DNA from: Octopus sinensis
Lineage: Eukaryota
DNA: 64,000 nt
Direction of reading: 5' to 3'
Assembly: GCF_006345805.1 (NCBI RefSeq)
Contig: NC_043005.1
Location: forward strand, 25,482,001-25,546,000
Shown: positions 1 to 12,000 of the stretch, in pieces
Layout: each line of letters opens with the position of its first letter
How positions within the stretch are numbered: the stretch's first letter is position 1
The notes under the pieces: generated by a model
Databases searched by the model: none
Told to the model about the DNA's origin: nothing
The model's input: the letters and a program-made list of their open reading frames with translations, nothing else
Made by a program: the position numbers and the translations under genes

Positions 1-194
1 TTAGGTTCCATAGAAACAAGTACAAGTCAAATTAAAGGATGTCTAAATTAAATATAACTATCTCCGATGTTCTCATCATAATGGCTCTGATATTTTATCA
101 ATATTTTCTTAATATTGTTACAGTATATATGCATATGAATATATGAAAATACAAGAATTTCATGTATGTATGTATGTGTGTATGTATGTATAGG

Positions 195-360
195 GGGAGA
201 GTTAACGAAAAAACAAAAGACGAAGACAGTTGGTGTAGAAAACAAGCAGATGCATTAGTATAACGCTCAGGAATTGAAAAAAGTCTTTTACGTTTCGAGC
301 CTACGCTCTTCAACAGAAAGGGACACAGAAAAAAAAACAAGGAGAGAAAAATGCGTGTAG
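195..360 (-). mobile_element. Penelope-like terminal-repeat (pLTR) remnant, family 1, flanked by (TA)n/(CA)n
   Basis: Clear homology by eye to 23270-23440, 37170-37335, 37780-37950, 48836-49015 and a partial copy at 26530-26600. Carries a hammerhead-like motif and ends in microsatellite. The Penelope assignment is inferred from the motif and architecture. Confidence 0.6.
285..320 (-). ncRNA. Minimal type I hammerhead-ribozyme-like motif (CUGUUGA core variant)
   Basis: Minus strand reads cttt-CTGTTGA-a-gagc-gtag-gctc-GAAACGTA-aaag: stem I cttt/aaag, stem II gagc/gctc, palindromic ACGU stem III, UA cleavage site. Confidence 0.6.
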
Positions 361-365
361 TGATA

Positions 366-461
<96 letters not shown>
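361..461. repeat. (TA)n(CA)n(TA)n compound microsatellite
   Basis: Directly visible. Confidence 0.98.
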
Positions 462-463
<2 letters not shown>

Positions 464-804
464 TCACTTGACCTCGTTATGGCTTAACAGTTCTTACCGT
501 TTGTTTTCACAGTCCTGTGTTTGTTACCAACTTTAACCCTCCGCAAGTCCCAAATTTTATAAAAATTTCCTTGCGGGAACAGCTGTTTAGACGAAGACGC
601 ATCTTTTCCTAGTGCTCGAAATGCGGAGTAAATGAAACAGTGGATAACTGATGAGGAGATTGTTCTTTATGTTGCCCGTTTTCCGTATTGTTGTAATTCA
701 TGTTCCCATTTTTTATGCTGTTTACGTTTTTGTTATATCCTGTACCCATATATGCATGTGTGTATACATATATATGCAAGTATGTACATGTATGTGTGTA
801 TTTA

Positions 805-862
<58 letters not shown>

Positions 863-865
863 TCT

Positions 866-1365
866 TTTCTACTCTAGGCACAAGGTTCGAAAATTTTAGG
901 GAGGGGACCAGTCATTTTGATCGATCCCGGTAGGCAACTGGAACTTAATTTATTAACCCCGAAAGAAAGAAAGCAAAGTCGACCTCGGTGGAATTTGAAA
1001 TTAGAACATAAAGACAGACGAAATACCGCCAAGCATTTTGACCGGAGTGCTAACGCTTCTTATTTCTTTATTGCCCACAAGGGGCTAAACATTGAGCGGA
1101 CAAACAAGGACAGACAAACGGATTAAGTCGATTACATCGACTCCAGTGCGTAACTGGTACATAATTTATCGACCCAGAAAGGCTGAAAGGCAAAGTCGAT
1201 CTCGGCGGAATTTGAACTCAGAACGTAACGACAAAGTTCAGTGGTTTGGGATGTTGATACAGTAATAAAGAACTCGGCAGAATTTGAATTCAGAACATAG
1301 CGGTAGACGAAATACCGCTAAGCATTTCGCCTGGTGTGCTAACGTTTCTGCCAACTCGCCGCCTT
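866..1365 (-). mobile_element. Tandem/nested tRNA-derived SINE family A (octopus OK/OR-type; family name not verified)
   Basis: Recurrent module ggcggcgagctggcagaaacgttagca...gagttcaaattccgccgaggtcgactttgcctttcatcctttcgggg with a B-box-like GTTCAAATTCC. More than 12 copies in the window. Confidence 0.85.
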
Positions 1366-2569
1366 TAGCAGATAAAATATTAAATATCGGCTGATATAGT
1401 CGATGTATAATAGTGTGTAATACAGTAGCTATTTTTGCGTAAACGGAAATTCTGATGATTGGCAGATGGCAGTTGTCAGGATCGAGGAGTAAGAAGGAAG
1501 GACAGGGGAAGTGAGAGGTAGTGGTGAGCAAAATGTGTATTTCTTTTTTTCCTCCGTTACTTAACCCGTCTGTAACACTTTCACGTGGTTTATTGCAGGG
1601 AAAAGTGAAGAGAGAATGACGAAAGAAAGAGAAAAAGAGGGTAAGGCGAAGAGTGGGAGAGAAAGTCGTAGTGTTCTGTGTATTACGTTTATAATATTTT
1701 GCCTAAATTGTGCATATGTACTTCCGGCTTTGTAAGGTCCACACGTGGGTTTTCTGTACTCCTGAAAATCTGTAACAATATTTCAAAGAAAACAGCAAAC
1801 TGACCAGTAAAGTATAGTAAAATACAATATATATATATAAAATTATGATGTATTTAAAATTACGTACATAAATATATTGAGCAGAAGGAATCTTCGAGAA
1901 CAACACGAAGTCAAACATCGCTGTTTCTTCGATGAAGATACCCCGCTACGTCCTTATGAGAAAGTAGAGAAAAATTCCTACAGTCCACCATAACACAGAA
2001 CTTTATCTTTAAAGAAAAACTCAAAATAAAATAAATATACGTTCATTATCTATAATTTAATTAACGAAAGGTCCCGAAAAGAAGTTATAAGTTATTAACC
2101 CTCTCTTTTTGTACTTTCTTTCTGACTTAGGCGACGACATTTTCTCCTTTATCTTTACTTCACTTCTTTGTTTATATACTCTTCGTTCCAACGAGTTCTG
2201 ATAAATACTGGCGTTTCTATATCGATTCATTCAAGCAAGCGTCTTTCTATGCTAATAATTCACTTTTCTTTCAGGAGCTTACAAAACAAAAACAAACCAG
2301 GTTGGTATATATATTATGTAACTTCCACTTTCTTTTCTCTCCATCACTTTGCTCTTAATTAAAAATATATTTATTTTCTCACTCACACGCTAGCGATATA
2401 TTCTCCTTCCCTCTCACATTTCCCCGTCATCCCGTTGTTCTCTTCTCCTCCCCAGCTTGCTTCCCCCTCACATACCCAACATATTCCGACCCCCCTCCAC
2501 ACTCATTCTTCCATCACACCTCTGCTCTATATTTGCACTAAAAAACAACTGCACACTCAACCACAGCCT

Positions 2570-4250
2570 CACACCACAAAGAAGATGATAAAAAAATGGA
2601 AGTCTACAGGGATAGGATTGTTCCTGTGTGCTCGGAAAATTGCAGGAGGTGATTCACCAAATAATTTAATTACAGCTGCCCTCAAGAGCAATGGTTTCTC
2701 TAGATCTGTGGCACAAATAGAGTGGAAGAAGAAGATAAATGAAGCACTAGAAAAAATTTCAAACTGTTTTCACTTCTCCACTGGAAAATAAACAAATAAA
2801 CAAGCCTGAGGAGTTTTTCAATGTAACAAACCTTTTAGGAAAAGAAGCTATCAAGGATTACATCAACATAACAGAAGAGGATGTAATATCGACTATTGAT
2901 GAGATTAGATCAAACTCAGCAACGGGCCCGGATGGACTCCTGGCTGTTCCCTTAAAAACATGTAAAATGGCTCTTGCAAAGCTCTGCAGATACTCTTTCA
3001 GAGTTTCCTTGCATGTGGTAAACTTGGCAACATGCTAAAAGAGAGTATAATATGCCCTGTTCATGAAGGAGGGAGCAAAGGATATGCTAAAAACTACAGG
3101 CGCATCTCTCTGACCTCACATGTTAGCTAGACAATGGAACGAATTGTCAGAAAAAGGGTGGCCATGTTCCTGGAAGAAAACAACCTTTTCACAAACATAA
3201 ACATGGCTTCAGTCCAGGGATGAGCTGCCTCACACAGCTACTGCAGCACTTTGACTGGGTACTGAAACAACAGCTAAACCAGTCAACTGTAGATGTGATA
3301 TACTTCGACTTTGCCAACGCCTCCGACGTGGTTGATCCTAGCATGATATGTCACAAGTTGCAAAACATTAGTATTACTGGGAAACTGGGAAAGTGGCTGC
3401 ATGACTTTCTGAAGGGCAAGAGTCAGACAGTTGTAGCCAATGGTGCTCACTCTGAAAAGACACCAATTCTCAGCGGAGTCCAAAAGGGAACTGTACTGGG
3501 GCCACAACTATTTGTGGTGGCCCTCTCAGACATGCCCACCGTGGTACAGTCAGCCGATCTGACTAGTTGTGCTGACGACACAGAAGTATCGCAGGCAGTT
3601 AGGAACCCAGAGTACATCATAAAACCGTAGAAAAAGCTGAATACAATATACATGTAGGCTGACAAAAATACTATGCAATTAAATGCTATGAAATTTCAGG
3701 CATTCCACAATTGGCTCAACATCAGGCTAAAATTGGAATACACTGGACCAGAAGCTAATACGATACGAGAGTCAGAGTAGGTGCGTGACCTGAGGGTTCA
3801 CATGAGCAATGATGCATCATTCTATGTACATTTTACCAAGATGGTAACACTGTGCAGGCGAATGACTGGCAGGATTCTGAGGACATTAAGAACCAGGAAA
3901 AGGGAGGCCCTGCTACTCCTATGGAGGACTTTCGTTCTTAGCCGCTTGGACTACTGCTTCCAACTATGGTCTCCAGAGCGTGTGAAATAAACTGTGAAAT
4001 TCGAAGCAGTCCAGCCCCAATACACAAAGAAGATTGATCGATGCAAAAGGTGCTGAGTCTCTATTCTCTGGAGAAAAGACGAGAGAGATATGCGGTGATG
4101 TATATTTGGAAGTTCTTGGAGGGTTTAACTCCCAGTTTTGGAATTGACAGCTATACCAATCTTCGAACTGGGCGGCAGTGCATCCTTCCAAAGATCCCGT
4201 CTTCCCCATCTAAAATAAGGACACAATATTGCAATAGTCAGCAACCTTGA
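2570..4250 (+). pseudogene. Decayed, 5'-truncated CR1/L2-group LINE reverse transcriptase
   Basis: ORF 3220-3630 has DVIYFDFANA, SGVQKGTVLGP and CADDTEV (YADD-like). The C-terminal pieces 3781-3990 (SRLDYCFQLWSP) and 4041-4250 (LYSLEKRRERY) follow. Many stops and frameshifts. Confidence 0.88.
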
Positions 4251-4259
4251 CTGGAGAGT

Positions 4260-4435
4260 ACAATCGACTACATAGATCCCATTACTTGATTTGTACTTTG
4301 TTTTTTATCGACCCTGAAAAGTTGAAAGTAAAAGTTGACCTGTGCGGTATTTGAACACAAATCGTAAAGAGCTCGGAAAAATGTCCCTGAGCATTTTGCT
4401 TCTATATGCTAATGATACTGGTAGCTGACTGTCCT
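4260..4435 (-). mobile_element. Degenerate SINE family A
   Basis: Diverged match to the family A module. Confidence 0.6.
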
Positions 4436-4857
4436 CTTCCCAACCTAATAATGTCACATGTATCCAACTGCAGTTGTTTTACAAATATCTCGACAAACAA
4501 TCGTACTAATGAACTCCAAATATCAAATAAACTCAAATATCTCCAGTAATTAATTTAACTTTAAATGATTCAATCTCTCAAGAGCTAAAGATAACAGCAC
4601 ATTTCCAAATCTCTTAAGTAAATTATTATCTTTAATCTTTTATTTTAGTCGTTACTGATCTTTAATCTCCTTCTGATTCAAAACTCACTTATAAACAGAC
4701 ATATGCTGTTTCAATATTTTGATTAACACGCGTGTTTATTTAGTCGAAAATAATGTTGGCAAAATATGTTGTTATTTTTTTAAGATTTTGTTAAAGTTAA
4801 ATTCTTACTTTAAAAGAAAACGATTATGCTCATTGGAATTTCCGAAACAATGGATTC

Positions 4858-5125
4858 TTTATCTTTTGCTTTAGTCATAGACTTGTGGCCATGCTGGGGC
4901 ACGACCTTGAGCTGTTTAGTTGATCAAATTCACATTTATAATTATTTTAAGGTCTGGAACTAATTCTATTCATATCTTTTGTTGAAACACTAGGTTACGG
5001 GGACGTAAGCAAACCAATACCGCTTGTCAAGCCGCAAGAGAGACAAACACAAAGATACATATACACATGTATACACACATATATATTAATACGAGTTTTT
5101 TTTTACACAGTTTCTCCTAACTCTT
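4858..5125 (-). mobile_element. SINE family B (ggcgcaggagtggctgtgtgg... head; ...gcagtcaaatgactgaaacaagtaaaag tail), partial
   Basis: Matches the internal and tail modules of 21590-21972 and 52830-53106. Confidence 0.65.
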
Positions 5126-5599
5126 AGACATATCGACAGATTGCGATAGATTGCTTTTATTCAGTCGTTAACATCGCCACAGTATTGTTTTTCGGGAGAA
5201 TCTCGCTAGACGGGAGGAGATCAAATATACGCCAGTCTTTTCTGACGGCAAATGTATCTGTTAGTCCACATGATTGTCTTGTAAATATTAGGGTTTGCGC
5301 ATTTTTCTGCCTGCCCAATAATCTCTGAGTTTTCATCAATAGCAAGTTGATGAGGTCGTCTTGATTCACTTGCGGTACGTGGCTGCATCCATTATTGCCT
5401 TGTAGCTTCTCTAGCATGGGTGGTTGACTGTATTTAATAAGTCCGATTCTTCGCAGCTGATAGTGATGACAGGGAGGCGACGACGCCAAGCATACTAGAT
5501 CCTGATCCATTATAAATGGCGCCAAAAGCCGTTTTAAAGCTGTGTCTCCGCGGCCATCACGGAAATCATTCTGGTAAATTGAGGTGAGAGAGTTTCCTT

Positions 5600-5810
5600 G
5601 AGAATTACCTTCTCAACCCGATCTTCTTTCCGGAGAATATGACGACGATGTAGAGCAGTACTTTTTCGTTGCAGAAATTTCAGAAGAGTTAGACCGACAC
5701 AGATTGTCTTGGCATGCACAGAGATTTGGTTTGAAGACGTACAAATCAAAAACCGAAGAGAAGCAAGCGCAATAAGTAAAATAACATTCCAACGTTTTGG
5801 GTCCCAGCAC
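5600..5810 (+). pseudogene. Possible highly decayed RTE-type reverse transcriptase fragment
   Basis: The frame starting at 5617 reads GEYDDDVEQYFFVAEISEELDRHRLSWHAQRFGLKTYKSKT, resembling the YADD...RFGLKINxxKT segment of RTE RTs. Other RT motifs are weak. Confidence 0.35.
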
Positions 5811-5984
5811 AAAATTTGAAGAGCTAGTTTGATAACTTGTTGCAATGTCCCGTTAGTTTGCCCACCCTGGTCATTGCTTTAGGTGAGTATGGTGTTATAC
5901 GCCTCCTACAAACGCCATTTCTTCTCATAAATTTTGTACTTCTTTTATTCTCAAATAGTGTCCTGCGATCTGAATGTAGGCGAA

Positions 5985-6086
5985 CCTGTATTTGTAATAT
6001 GTGTGCCACATGAGCGTGTGAGAGTATGTATATATTTAGCTAAGTAATAACGATCGGAAAAATAAATCAACAGATGTTGTTGTCAG
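5985..6086 (+). repeat. ~97-bp dispersed direct repeat, copy 1 (copy 2 at 14161-14257)
   Basis: The copies differ by one 5-nt indel and 3 substitutions. Confidence 0.9.
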
Positions 6087-7519
6087 CAATAAGAACCGCG
6101 ATAGAACATGAACTATCACTATGATGACATATCCCTACAGACGGAGGCGAAAGAATACCTTGAGCATTCATCTACTATGACTAAAAGATATCAATCAGGT
6201 GAGTTTGAGGCCAAAGGCCCGACAAAATCGATACAAACACGCTCTCCTGGGAACGTCTACGTAGATAAGACGACTTTGTGTTATTTGATGAAAGCTGGAC
6301 TTAATTTCCTTGCTAACGGTGCAGTTGTCAGTTACAGAGCGGATCTCTAATAAGGGGAATGCGAAATTGTAGCTTTGACAGTAACGGTATAGCCTTGTCG
6401 ATCCAGCATGATGCAGCTGGTTGTGTAGGTTTCTGGGGTGAGTCAGGTCTTTCATTCCATTACATCGTTACAACGTACCAGCAGTGGTCTGTAGTAAGTT
6501 CGGCCACTAACGTACATCCAATTTAAGTACAGATAATTCTAGTCGCCATCGAGAAAACTTATCTCCCTTAATTCGCTACACACGCTGCACCAAGGGGTCA
6601 CTTATGAGTTGGTTACAAATTGGATTTCGTATTTAAATAACTACCGTATCCCGTCAATATTTGAAGTTTTCAATGTTGTATTATTTCACTATTCTATATG
6701 ATCATACCTGGTTATTTACTAGCGTCTTACAAGTTGATGTGCCTCGATTGTTAATAAATACTTGTATCAAAATTATGTGATTTCATATCTTAAACCCTTG
6801 ACAATGGTTGACGCAAATATGCGATCACGCTTTTGCTTGCCTACCCGCGGTTAACGTAAATATACGATGTAGAGCTGCCCAACATCTATCACGGACTTTT
6901 TAGCTTCTGACGTATGTTTAAGTTCACTATCGTGTACTTTATCTCTTGGGGTGCGCGCGCTCGCCGTCCCATGCATTATCTTAGCTATTTTAGGCTACGT
7001 TCAAGTCATGAGAATAGCAGTAGACCAATGACATGCGGATACTATACATGAGTAATACCGTGTTTTGAGTTGTACCACACGCAAGCTATTTTTGAACTTG
7101 AGCAGAATAACTCGTGCATATCATATTATGATAAATAGCTTCACGTAGTTCATTTTCATAAACCGGTAGACGTAAATGTACGACGCTATGTTATTGTAAC
7201 GGTGAACGTAAATAGACGCGAGCTCGTTGGTACTTGTGTGTTCGTGTGGCCTCATTAGATTAAAAAAAAGACCGGAGCAGTGTCTCGCATGCTTCGGGTA
7301 ATACCGGCGTTAAGGGGCTAAATTATGCCTTTAGAGAGATTTCGCTTTTACATTTATATGATCAATCGACTGCCTGAAGTTTCTGTCGATTGCTCGGTCT
7401 ATAGTTATACCGGTCTAGAATAGAAGCCAAACATATTAGAAAGTTAGGATATTTGTTACAAAAAAAATGTTACAAAATACAGTCTGATTTTATGTTTGTG
7501 TGTGTATGCGTGAGTGAAT

Positions 7520-7591
7520 GAGAGTAAGGAGAGCGAGTGAGAGTAAGGAGAGCTAGTGAGAGTAAGGAGAGCGAGTGGAAGTAAGGAGAAC
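7520..7591 (+). repeat. 19-bp minisatellite (gagagtaaggagagcgagt) x3.7
   Basis: Units start at 7520, 7539, 7558 and 7577. Confidence 0.9.
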
Positions 7592-8135
7592 ATTGCTCGG
7601 AGAGACACAGAGACAGAGAGATAAAAGGAAAGGGAGTTCGGAGAATTACAAACCAAGAGAGAAAGAGTATAAAAGAGTTGCACTAATTCAATAACATACA
7701 CTGAAAGAAAACACCTTGTTATAGTGTAAAGGAACATAAAATGAATAATTATATCTCTTACGGATTCGTTGAATGCTAAAAAATATGTTTATAATCTACC
7801 TAGATTTTAATTCAGAAGATTCTGAGACTAATCCTTATATCTTTCCTCAATTTAAAAAGAGAAACCAAAAAAAAAAAAAAAACTTCATTACAAGTTGCTT
7901 ATATCTTAACAGGATAATAAGACTGTAGTTGCTGCTGGTATCAACATATATGACAGAGTTTAACTTGAGTAATAACATAAATTTTAGAACCTTTAATGTA
8001 TTGAAGTTATCGAAGCAAACAACGTTTATCTCTAAAAGTTTTCAAAATCGGTGAAATTAACAGTCAAGGGAGATAAATCCAATATGAACAATTGATTGAG
8101 ATGTTGAGATGTTGAGTCAATATAATCAATGATTA

Positions 8136-8310
8136 TTTCCACTCTAGGCACAAGGCCTTGAAAATTTTTGGGGGAAGGGGGCTAGTCGATTACATCGACC
8201 CCAGTGCGTAACTGATACTTCTTTCATTGATCCCGAAAGGATGAAAAGGAAAATCGATCTCGGCGGAATTTGAACTCAGAAGGTAGCGGTAGACGAAATA
8301 TCGCTACCAC
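8136..8310 (-). mobile_element. SINE family A
   Basis: Family A module with the ...ccttgtgcctagagtggaa tail variant. Confidence 0.8.
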
Positions 8311-9021
8311 CTTACTATAGGCAATAATGTGTAAGTGAAGTAGTCTTTAGAACCCAGGTATGTTCCAGCCTTACAAAACCAAAACACGATGGAAACATTT
8401 TGAAACTCACAACAGTATATATATGAAACGTCACCATAATCTGTATTGAAACTGCAGAACACTCCGCAGAAGTCATTCCTTTGTTGTAGTAATAAGATTC
8501 TTTTATCGGTAGCAAAGGCTTTTAGCCATGATGTACACGTATTTTAATGATTAATAAATGTCCAATGGTTAAGCAGCTCTTTTCTCAATCACTAGGTCTC
8601 GTGTTGGCTCTTATAATGTGGTATCTGAAATAAACGATGTTTTGTCGCTGGTTTGAGGTTAGCTCTAAATCTTCTGCTGGAATTCAATAGACGAAATCTC
8701 TGCCGAGACTTATAGGATGACCGTTTTTGTAATTGAAACGTACCACCTCAACACAGTGTGTCACGTTGACTGACTGAGGATTATGTTAATCATCCACATA
8801 TTTGTGAAACACTCAACCAGTTATATGTTAATTAAAGGTCAGGTAATTCCGTGAATCGTCAGAGGTACAGTTATATAAAGATATTCAGTTTCTATTTGTA
8901 TTCTATCTCCATTGACGATATTGTACTAACATTTCAGTTAGCTGATCCTATTCAATTTATCTCCTTTGATAGACGTCCCCAGATAATTGCAATCGTTGAA
9001 ACCGACTGAGATCCACTTACT

Positions 9022-12000
9022 TTAACCTTCTGTCTATTAATGGGCCCAATGGACCAATTTCAGTCTTTTTCAATTCCTTTTTCCTACTGTTTATATTATT
9101 TGATTCTGCTGATTTCTCGTGACTCTCATTCTTTTTTGACTCTCTTTTATTTGTCAAAGGGGAAATTTTCAGTATGTTTATAAAAGCTAGAAAATTTCAC
9201 TTTATACATTAGTTACCGTATGGGTTCATTGAACCCTCGAATTAGATTTAGACAATTCTCTTGTCATTCTAAACAGAATAAAAGCAGTATCAAATATTAT
9301 TTTCCTAGACATTTATCAAATATAAAGTAGATAAAATTATATTCAATTTATTAGCTGGATTTTAGATTAAACAGGAAAAGTCATGAAAATATTCCTGTAA
9401 ATTTGTGTGGTATTACATCACCTTCAGTCTGCAAGGTTATAGGGTGATGCAATATTTCTCTGTGATGATACAATTCTTACAATATATTGCATCATTTTTC
9501 AGGAGAGCATAAATAGGTGAGAGAGCAATAACTGCCTTTAGTCTACTATCAAGATTCATATAGTTCAGTTGAGCCTTCCAAAATGCCTAGACGTGAAAAC
9601 TTGAGTTAAGACTAAATATCGAAAAGGTTATTGGAATTAGATAAGAATGGGAAGAAGATAGCAGTGACTCTTTCTATTGCTCTGAAGATGGTGGTGATTG
9701 TGATTGTGTACTGGGCTGTTTAGGTTCTATGTCATCAGATGCTGAAGATACTCAAAAATAATTATCTACAAGCCACCCAATTATGAAGAAGCATTATGTT
9801 TCTAGAGACAAACAAGAAGTTTGGCATTCTAATCCTCTTACTCAAGCAGCAGCAAGAACTTCATCTTGCAATATTGTGCGCCGAGAATGTGGACCACCCC
9901 GTTTTGTTAAAAGGTCATACGATAGCATTGAAACATGTTTTAATATCTTTATGCGCAAGAATCTTTCTTGAAGTAATTGGTAAATGGACAAATGTTGAAG
10001 GCCAGGTTGTTTACAAAGATAATTGATCACTCTGAACTAAAGAAATTTATTGGACCGATTAATCTTATTGGTATTTATAAATCTAATCATGAAAATGTCA
10101 CAGTTATGGCGTCAAGAAGATGGGCGTCCAATATTCAACAACATTATGTGCCGGGAAAGATTTCAACAGATTTTACAAGTATGGCATTTTGATTATGCTA
10201 GTGTAAGAAGAACAAAGAAGTGATGATACATTGGAACCCATAAAAGAAGTATTTGAAATGTGGAATCACAATTTTCAAGATGGATATGTTCCAAGTGCAT
10301 GCATGATAGTTTTAATCAGAGGGCGCTGCCCATTCCATGTATATATTCCTTCAAAACCATGGAAATAAGGAACTAACACTTTTATTCATTAAATTTGCCA
10401 TATAGGTAGCTTTGCGGGCTGGACATAGACATTGATGAGGCGTATGATTATGATACAAAAATGATAAAGATGAGAGAAGTCAGAAAGCGCCCGCCGACCC
10501 TCTGCTTTTCTAAAACATTGTTCTTTAAAACACATATACAGAGGTATTAACTCTCTTAGAAACACCATATAATTGGTCTAAAAGGTTCATACAATTATAA
10601 AACACAATTTATACACAAGTTGGAGGCGATAAAACTCTACAATCATTCCCCGAGTAATTTTCTTGCAACTTGCAGGCATTCCTGCAACCGCAATAAGGGC
10701 TCCAAAACAAAATTCAATAATTCTCGTTTTTACACGAGTCAGTTATGAGATCACAATACTTTCTTTCCAGCACCAGAGCAGCCACCTACAGAGGCCACTC
10801 TGGGCTGTCAATACAAGTCGGGTCCACCAGGACCCGACTCTCCATATTATTCTCCACGAAGCTGTCAATAGCCTCGCCCCTGGGATAGAAGAACATATAT
10901 TCTTCACCACTTTCACTGGGAGGGCCTCAAATCCCTCACTCCATGGCACACATCCCACTGACGATGTTATGTTCTTCCCCACTCCGGTAGTACACATCCC
11001 AACGAAGGGGTTTTGGGACATGCCGTCGCCGGCAATGCCTCGTTTTTCTTTTTTCTCTTCTTTTTTCCTTTTACAACGGGAGGGTGGAGTACCTTTGACA
11101 TCTCCGGAGGACCCTCCCTTCCCACCGCCGTCTCATAATCCATTAGTGGGCAACAATTGTTGTTCACCTTCTTTCTTTTCTTCCCCTTTGTTTTCAACTT
11201 TTTCTTTCACTGGGGGAACAGGGGGCACCTTTTCAGTTAACTGTTCCAGGACCCTTGCCTGCTCCCGGCAACAGTTCTTCTTTATATGGCCCGATTCCAG
11301 GCACAGGTGACACATTGGGTGGGAGAATTCCTTCAACCATCACCGGGTACCTGGAACCGGCCATTGTTGAAAACAATCTGGTAAAACCAGATCATCGGCT
11401 GACCATAGGGTCAAAATTGCTTTTGACCCGACCCAATCAACCACAGGCAACATTTTTCATTTAAGAGCCTGGCAGGGCCGCCACCCAGGCCCCGACGGAT
11501 AGTGTCTTCTATCCACTTGGCCTCTATACGGTGTGGCAGCCCACCCACCCAGGCTCTTGTCAACTTTCTACCGCCATAAGTAGGGAGAAACAAAATTTCC
11601 TCTTCCTCCAAAGGCATGCTCGTAAAATCATGAGCTTCCGCAAGGGTGTCAAAAAGTACACATACAGTTCCATACTTCGCACCCCTGCAGATAAACCTAG
11701 CAGTTGGCAGATAGTCTGCCAACTCCTCCTCAATTTCTTCCTCAGAGAAGACCTTGATGGTGTTAAAGACCCTGGAATAAGTCCTTAACACCACAGTATA
11801 ATTTTTCAACCATTCTTGGGAGGGGGGGGCACAATTTGCCAATCCAAAACGGATTCCACAGTTGCCATGTTAATAGCCAAAACGAAAATAAAAATCCAGA
11901 AACAAAAATCAAAATGTTCAATGACAATCTATAAAGAAACTCAAAAAATATCAGAAAGACAGGAGAAGAAAGAGCGAAGGAAGATAATCAAAAATGGCAA

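Noticed and set aside
648-660. CTGATGAG as a hammerhead core
   Set aside because: No downstream stem II-GAAA, and the upstream GAAA motifs do not give a valid type II fold.
5157-6009. Three tightly tiled minus-strand ORFs that look like an operon divergent from 6108-6350
   Set aside because: Two have TTG starts, none has a recognisable motif or RBS, and the context is eukaryotic. The opposite strand has a weak RT-like signal, so they are probably shadow ORFs.
6854-7218. Three ACGTAAAT-containing words and an 8-bp hairpin (7363-7392) in the random-like island
   Set aside because: About the level expected by chance in 1.4 kb.
6352-7317. AAGGGG at 6352, 6592 and 7312 (spacings 240 and 720), each near an ATG
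   Set aside because: The intermediate positions lack the motif, it was noticed post hoc, and chance cannot be excluded.
10663-11310. 215-aa plus-strand ORF
   Set aside because: Antisense to the Tx1-like ORF1/ORF2 remnant.
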